From positions 1-59,406 of the forward strand of contig CAXHAT010000016.1 in NCBI GenBank assembly GCA_964014485.1: a DNA stretch of 59,406 bases. Direction: 5' to 3'. How positions within the stretch are numbered: position 1 is the stretch's first letter; the number at the start of each line of letters is the position of its first letter. Below are positions 55,085 through 59,406 of this stretch, piece after piece. The notes under the pieces are model-generated. The model made no database searches. It was not told where the DNA came from and saw only the letters and a list, made by a program, of their open reading frames with translations. The translations under genes and the position numbers were made by a program. The DNA is from an uncultured Deferribacteres bacterium (GTDB taxonomy: Bacteria; Zhuqueibacterota; Zhuqueibacteria; Zhuqueibacterales; Geothermadaptataceae).

Positions 55085-57433
55085 TCAACTCTTCATAATC
55101 ACCGCGTCCAAATTCAAAATCACATTGGCGACCATCGTCAGGGCGGCGATTTCGACAACATTTTCATCATCGGAATTCGCGAATTCCTTGGCCGCTTCCA
55201 GATTTTGGGAAAATTCCTTTTTCGCTTGATGGTAAATTTCATTCAGCGAAGCAAAACGTTCGCTATCGGGATCAGCCAACAGTGCGCGGCGGTAAGCGTA
55301 GCGGATTTGGTCCTCGGCGTTATCGCCGCCTTTCGCTATCATCCGTCGTGCGAGTGCTTGCGCCGCTTCGACGTAGACGGGATCGTTCAACGTCACCAGC
55401 GCTTGCAGCGGCGTGTTGGTGCGGATGCGGCGGGAGACGCAGAATTCCCGACTCGGACTGTCGAATGAGACCATCGACGGGTACGGGCTGGTGCGCCGCC
55501 AAAACGTGTAGAGTCCGCGACGATGGCTGTCTTCGTCCGGGCTGGTTTTCCACTCGTAGCCGCTGTAAACGATTTGCCACACGCCGTCCGGCTGGTAGGG
55601 CTTCACGCTCGGGCCGTACATTTTTTTTGATAACAGCCCGCTGATGGCCAGCGCCTGATCGCGAATTTGCTCCGCCGACAAACGAAAACGCGGCCCGCGC
55701 GCCAGCAAGCGATTTCTGGGGTCTTTTTCCAATAATTCGGGCGTCACTGCTGAATTCTGGCGGTAAGCCGACGAGGTCAAAATTGTTTTCAACAAGCCCT
55801 TCACGCTCCACAGAAGATCGTTTTGAAAATGCAGCGCCAGCCAATCGAGCAGTTCGGGATGAGAAGGCGGCAAACCTTGCGAGCCGAAGTCTTCCGTCGT
55901 TTCGATCAGGCCAATGCCAAAAATCTGCTCCCAAAAGCGATTGACAACGACGCGAGCAGTCAACGGATTGTCCTGGCTGACGAGCCATTTCGCAAAACCG
56001 AGCCGATCTTGCGGCGCGTCTGGCGGTAAAGGATTCAAGACCGGCGGCGGCCCCGGCGATACTTTTTCGCCTTTGGTTAAAAAACTTCCGCGTTCGAAAA
56101 CAAACGTTTCGCGCGACGAATCCGGCGGCAACTCCCGCATGATCGGCGTTTTGACCGGCCTGATCTTGGCCAACTCACCCTCTTTGAGTTTGACCAAACT
56201 ATCCGCCGGGACGCTTTCGATTTCGACGATTTGCAGCGAATCCTGATCGTCGTTTTGCAGATTTTTGAGGGAATCGATCTGGGCTAAAATGCGCTCACGT
56301 TCGAGATTTTGCGCTTCGGTGAAGTACGGCAAGGTCGGCTCTTCGCTCGGCTGGTCAGCGTCGCGCGTGTTGTTGAGAAAAGCGTAGGAACGATAATAAT
56401 CTTCGTGCTTAAATGGATCGTACGGATGGCTGTGGCACTGCACGCAAGCCATCGTCGTGCCTTGCCAAACTTCCCACGTCGTGTTGACGCGGTCGATGAC
56501 GGCGGCGGTGCGGAACTCCTCGTCGTCCGTGCCGCCCTCGTCGTTGGTCATGGTGTTGCGATGAAAAGCGGTGGCGAGTAACTGGTTTTCCGTTGGCTCC
56601 GGCAGCATGTCCCCGGCGATTTGCTCGACGGTGAATCGATCGAAAGGCATGTCCGCGTTGAAAGCGTCGATGACCCAATCACGGTAGCGCCAGATCGTGC
56701 GAAAATCGTCTTTTTCGTAGCCTTTGGAATCGGCGTAGCGGGCAAGATCGAGCCACATCGCCGCCCAGCGTTCACCGAAAGCCGGTGAGTCGAGCAGGTC
56801 ATCGAGCATTTTTTCATAGGCGTTTTCGCTGGAATCGGCAAAAAACGCCTCGGCTTGTTCGAGCGTCGGCGGCAGGCCAGTCAAATCGAGACTGGCGCGG
56901 CGGATGAGCGCGGCTTTTTCCGCTTGCTCCGACGGCTGGAGATTGTTTTGCGAAAGCTTGCGCAAGATAAAATTGTCGATGGGATTTTGCGGCCAATCTG
57001 AAATCGTCTCAGGCGGCGTGATCGGTTCCGGTTTGACATAGGCCCAATGAACGCCCCATTTCGCGCCGTCGGCGACCCAGCGGCGCAGCACGTCGATTTC
57101 CTCGTCGGAAAGCGCGTCTTTGTCTTGCGGCATGCGCATTTCAGGATCGTGATGCTCGATGCGGCGGATGAATTCGCTGGAATCGGGAAAGCCGGGGATG
57201 ATCGCCGGGACGCCGGATTTGGTCGCGGCCAGCGCTTCTTCCTCAAAAAGCAAACTGAATCCGGCGTTTTTGCGCACGCCGCCGTGGCAGGGCAGACAAT
57301 TGGCGTTCAGAATCGGACGGATGTCGGTGTTAAAATCGACAGGTTGCGCCGCTTCTTTTTCGCAACCTGTTGAAAGGCCTCCAAACGAAATCGCAATTAA
57401 GATTTTGATGAAGAGCTTTCTGGATTCCGGCAT
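55085..57433 (-). CDS. Planctomycete cytochrome c + DUF1549 (PSCyt2) + DUF1553 (PSD1) lipoprotein
   Basis: CLPCH, CVQCH, WLDLARYADS, NPLTARVVVNRFW and TPLQAL; lipobox LSTGC supports the start at Met 57433. Confidence 0.92.
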   Translation of the reverse strand: MPESRKLFIKILIAISFGGLSTGCEKEAAQPVDFNTDIRPILNANCLPCHGGVRKNAGFSLLFEEEALAATKSGVPAIIPGFPDSSEFIRRIEHHDPEMRMPQDKDALSDEEIDVLRRWVADGAKWGVHWAYVKPEPITPPETISDWPQNPIDNFILRKLSQNNLQPSEQAEKAALIRRASLDLTGLPPTLEQAEAFFADSSENAYEKMLDDLLDSPAFGERWAAMWLDLARYADSKGYEKDDFRTIWRYRDWVIDAFNADMPFDRFTVEQIAGDMLPEPTENQLLATAFHRNTMTNDEGGTDDEEFRTAAVIDRVNTTWEVWQGTTMACVQCHSHPYDPFKHEDYYRSYAFLNNTRDADQPSEEPTLPYFTEAQNLERERILAQIDSLKNLQNDDQDSLQIVEIESVPADSLVKLKEGELAKIRPVKTPIMRELPPDSSRETFVFERGSFLTKGEKVSPGPPPVLNPLPPDAPQDRLGFAKWLVSQDNPLTARVVVNRFWEQIFGIGLIETTEDFGSQGLPPSHPELLDWLALHFQNDLLWSVKGLLKTILTSSAYRQNSAVTPELLEKDPRNRLLARGPRFRLSAEQIRDQALAISGLLSKKMYGPSVKPYQPDGVWQIVYSGYEWKTSPDEDSHRRGLYTFWRRTSPYPSMVSFDSPSREFCVSRRIRTNTPLQALVTLNDPVYVEAAQALARRMIAKGGDNAEDQIRYAYRRALLADPDSERFASLNEIYHQAKKEFSQNLEAAKEFANSDDENVVEIAALTMVANVILNLDAVIMKS

Positions 57434-57543
57434 AAATCGACTCAGGTTTTTTTTGTTGTAGACATGAACAAAAAGAGTGTAAGCCTGGAATGAAGTTTTT
57501 GGAAGAAATATTGGACTAATGAGCAGACAGTTCTCGCAAACGA

Positions 57544-59220
57544 TCATTTGTAATAAACTTGCGGCGCTTGCCGTTCAACGAGTTGTTCGGCGACCAGCGC
57601 CAGACGCAGAAGCGTTTTTTCGTCCCAGGCGCGCCCCATCGCCTGCATTCCGATTGGCAGCCCGCTTGAATTGTATCCTACGGGGAAAGATATTCCCGGC
57701 AGGCCAGTCAAGTTACCCGGCGTTGCGAAGCGCATGATTTCCGTCATCAGTGATAGGTCAGACTCACCGTCCGGAATTGCATCTTTCGGAATCGGCGGCG
57801 CGGTGATTCCTGTGGGCGGGGTGACGATGACGTCGACCTGCTGTAGAACATCGTTGAAATCCGCCATGAGTTGCGTCCGCGCGCGCTGCGCCTGGATGTA
57901 ATCCATCGAGGTGAGCGAACGCGCCAGGGCAAAGTTGAGCCGAACGTCCAAGCCGTGTTCGCGATAGTGATTCTTGTAATGGCGGTCGACCGCTTGCGCC
58001 ATTTCGCTGGCAATGGTGACGGCGTGAGCGACGCGCGCCGCTTCTAAATTCGGAATTTCGATTTCCTTGATTTTTGCCCCTGCACTCTCAAACTCGCCGA
58101 GCATTTTTTCACACGCTGAGACAATTTCTTCTTGAGCATGGCGGAACCATTCGCGGTAAATCCCGATGGTCAAGTCGCTCAAATTCGCGCGATCCCAGCC
58201 TTCAAGTTCCGGTGCAGGCTGATGCAGCGAAACGGGGTCTTTTTTGTCTGGCCCGGCCATGACGGCGTAAGCCAATGCGGCATCCGTCGCCGTTGCCGCC
58301 AGCGGGCCGAGATGCGCGACGCTCCAACAAAGCGGTGCAGCGCCGAATTCGCTGAGACGGCCATAAGTTGGCTTTAAACCAACGACGCCGCAAAAAGCCG
58401 CCGGAATTCTAATGGATCCTCCGCCGTCTGCGCCAATCGCAACAGGACAAAATCCCGCCGCGACCGCCGCCCCGGAACCGCTGGAACTGCCGCCGGTGTA
58501 ATGGCCGAGCGCATATGGATTGCGCGGCGTGCCATGTACGGGATTCAAGCCGGTTACGCCGATACCGATTTCGTGCATGTTGGTCTTGCCTATGAGCAAA
58601 GCTCCGGCGGCGCGCATCTTGGCCACGACCGTCGCGTCCTCTGTGTATGGCTTTGTTCCGAGAAACGCCGTGCCGACGGTTGTGGGGTAGGGGAGCATGT
58701 CCAATTCGTCTTTCACAGCGACCGGCACGCCGTCGAAAATGCTCAGTGCGTTTCCGGATTGGATGCGTTCCGTCGCAGCCTTGGCTTGCTGCAAAACATT
58801 ATCTTCATTAACTGCTATGAACGCGCGCAAAGGCGGATCAATCTGATCGCTCGCTTCGATGCTTTGCAAGACTTTTTCAGCGACAGACTCTGGCGTCAAG
58901 TCTCCGCTTCGGTAGGCTTCAGCGTAATCGTGGGCTGACATGAATTTGAAGCCAGACGGTGATTGAGCCGATGCCTTCGGCCATTTTTCTTGCGGAATGG
59001 TCGGGGCGTCGGCGGAATAAGTTCCAGAGAAATGGATTGGCTGGTTGGTCGGCGGCGCATCAATTTCTAATTCGCGAAACCAGGCGATTCCGGCGTCCTT
59101 GAGCAGTTTGGGTAAGATCAATTTGCGGGCGGGGCTTTCAAGAAGGCTTGTAAATGCACGCAATCCGGTTCCGGCAAGGCGTGGAAGATTTAAGGATTTG
59201 AGATCGTAATTCGTGGACAT
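57544..59220 (-). CDS. Amidase-signature family protein (FAAH-like)
   Basis: Motifs VAVKD, GKTNMHE, GGSSSGS and DGGGSIRIPA. Confidence 0.93.
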   Translation of the reverse strand: MSTNYDLKSLNLPRLAGTGLRAFTSLLESPARKLILPKLLKDAGIAWFRELEIDAPPTNQPIHFSGTYSADAPTIPQEKWPKASAQSPSGFKFMSAHDYAEAYRSGDLTPESVAEKVLQSIEASDQIDPPLRAFIAVNEDNVLQQAKAATERIQSGNALSIFDGVPVAVKDELDMLPYPTTVGTAFLGTKPYTEDATVVAKMRAAGALLIGKTNMHEIGIGVTGLNPVHGTPRNPYALGHYTGGSSSGSGAAVAAGFCPVAIGADGGGSIRIPAAFCGVVGLKPTYGRLSEFGAAPLCWSVAHLGPLAATATDAALAYAVMAGPDKKDPVSLHQPAPELEGWDRANLSDLTIGIYREWFRHAQEEIVSACEKMLGEFESAGAKIKEIEIPNLEAARVAHAVTIASEMAQAVDRHYKNHYREHGLDVRLNFALARSLTSMDYIQAQRARTQLMADFNDVLQQVDVIVTPPTGITAPPIPKDAIPDGESDLSLMTEIMRFATPGNLTGLPGISFPVGYNSSGLPIGMQAMGRAWDEKTLLRLALVAEQLVERQAPQVYYK

Positions 59221-59406
59221 GGTTTCTGAGATTTAAACAGAATTAGGAACTGATTTTACGCTGCGGAAATTTGACGTACTCCAAAAGCCGTTCGAATTTG
59301 TAAACCATACTTTAAATTCGTCCGCCATATTTAAAGCCGACATTCCACACGTCAATTGTCGCATTTGAAATCATTTGTTGAAAGAGCGCTTTTTCAATAA
59401 TTTTAG

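Noticed and set aside
57434..57547. N-terminal extension of the DUF1553 ORF
   Set aside because: The lipoprotein signal fits the Met at 57433.

Overview
A 59.4 kb bacterial chromosomal window. The gene content suggests a non-Bacteroidota member of the FCB group (KSB1/Calditrichota-like); this is inferred from FlgD-type T9SS sorting domains, Planctomycete-type cytochrome c clusters and fliW-csrA. Ordinary genes include an SNF2 ATPase with a partner, a LeuA-family synthase, an M20 amidohydrolase, a GH13 pullulanase, thrS, GH95, a PQQ-repeat/WbqC/HisN operon, a DUF1553-DUF1501 cluster and an amidase. Three things stand out. (1) A co-oriented nine-gene locus (18277-30993) joins an ExbB/TolQ-type motor to type IX secretion components. 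Its ExbB carries two predicted-cytoplasmic Big_1 Ig domains and is followed by two ExbDs, a non-canonical TonB-like protein and a TPR lipoprotein. Downstream are a type B CTD cargo with cohesin-like domains, a PorP/SprF barrel extended with OmpA-like and FlgD-like domains, and a dockerin-bearing type A CTD cargo. (2) A sigma-54 module contains a sensor-less enhancer-binding protein, two TGGCACG-N4-TTGAW promoters, a stand-alone receiver domain, three small membrane peptides (two absent from the ORF track), a structured leader/terminator and a sulfotransferase. (3) A family of short non-autonomous elements bounded by WCTGATGTTACGC inverted termini carries different REP-type hairpin cargos. No rRNA, tRNA, CRISPR array, integrase or transposase was recognised. 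All domain calls were made by eye from motifs and need HMM or structure confirmation.
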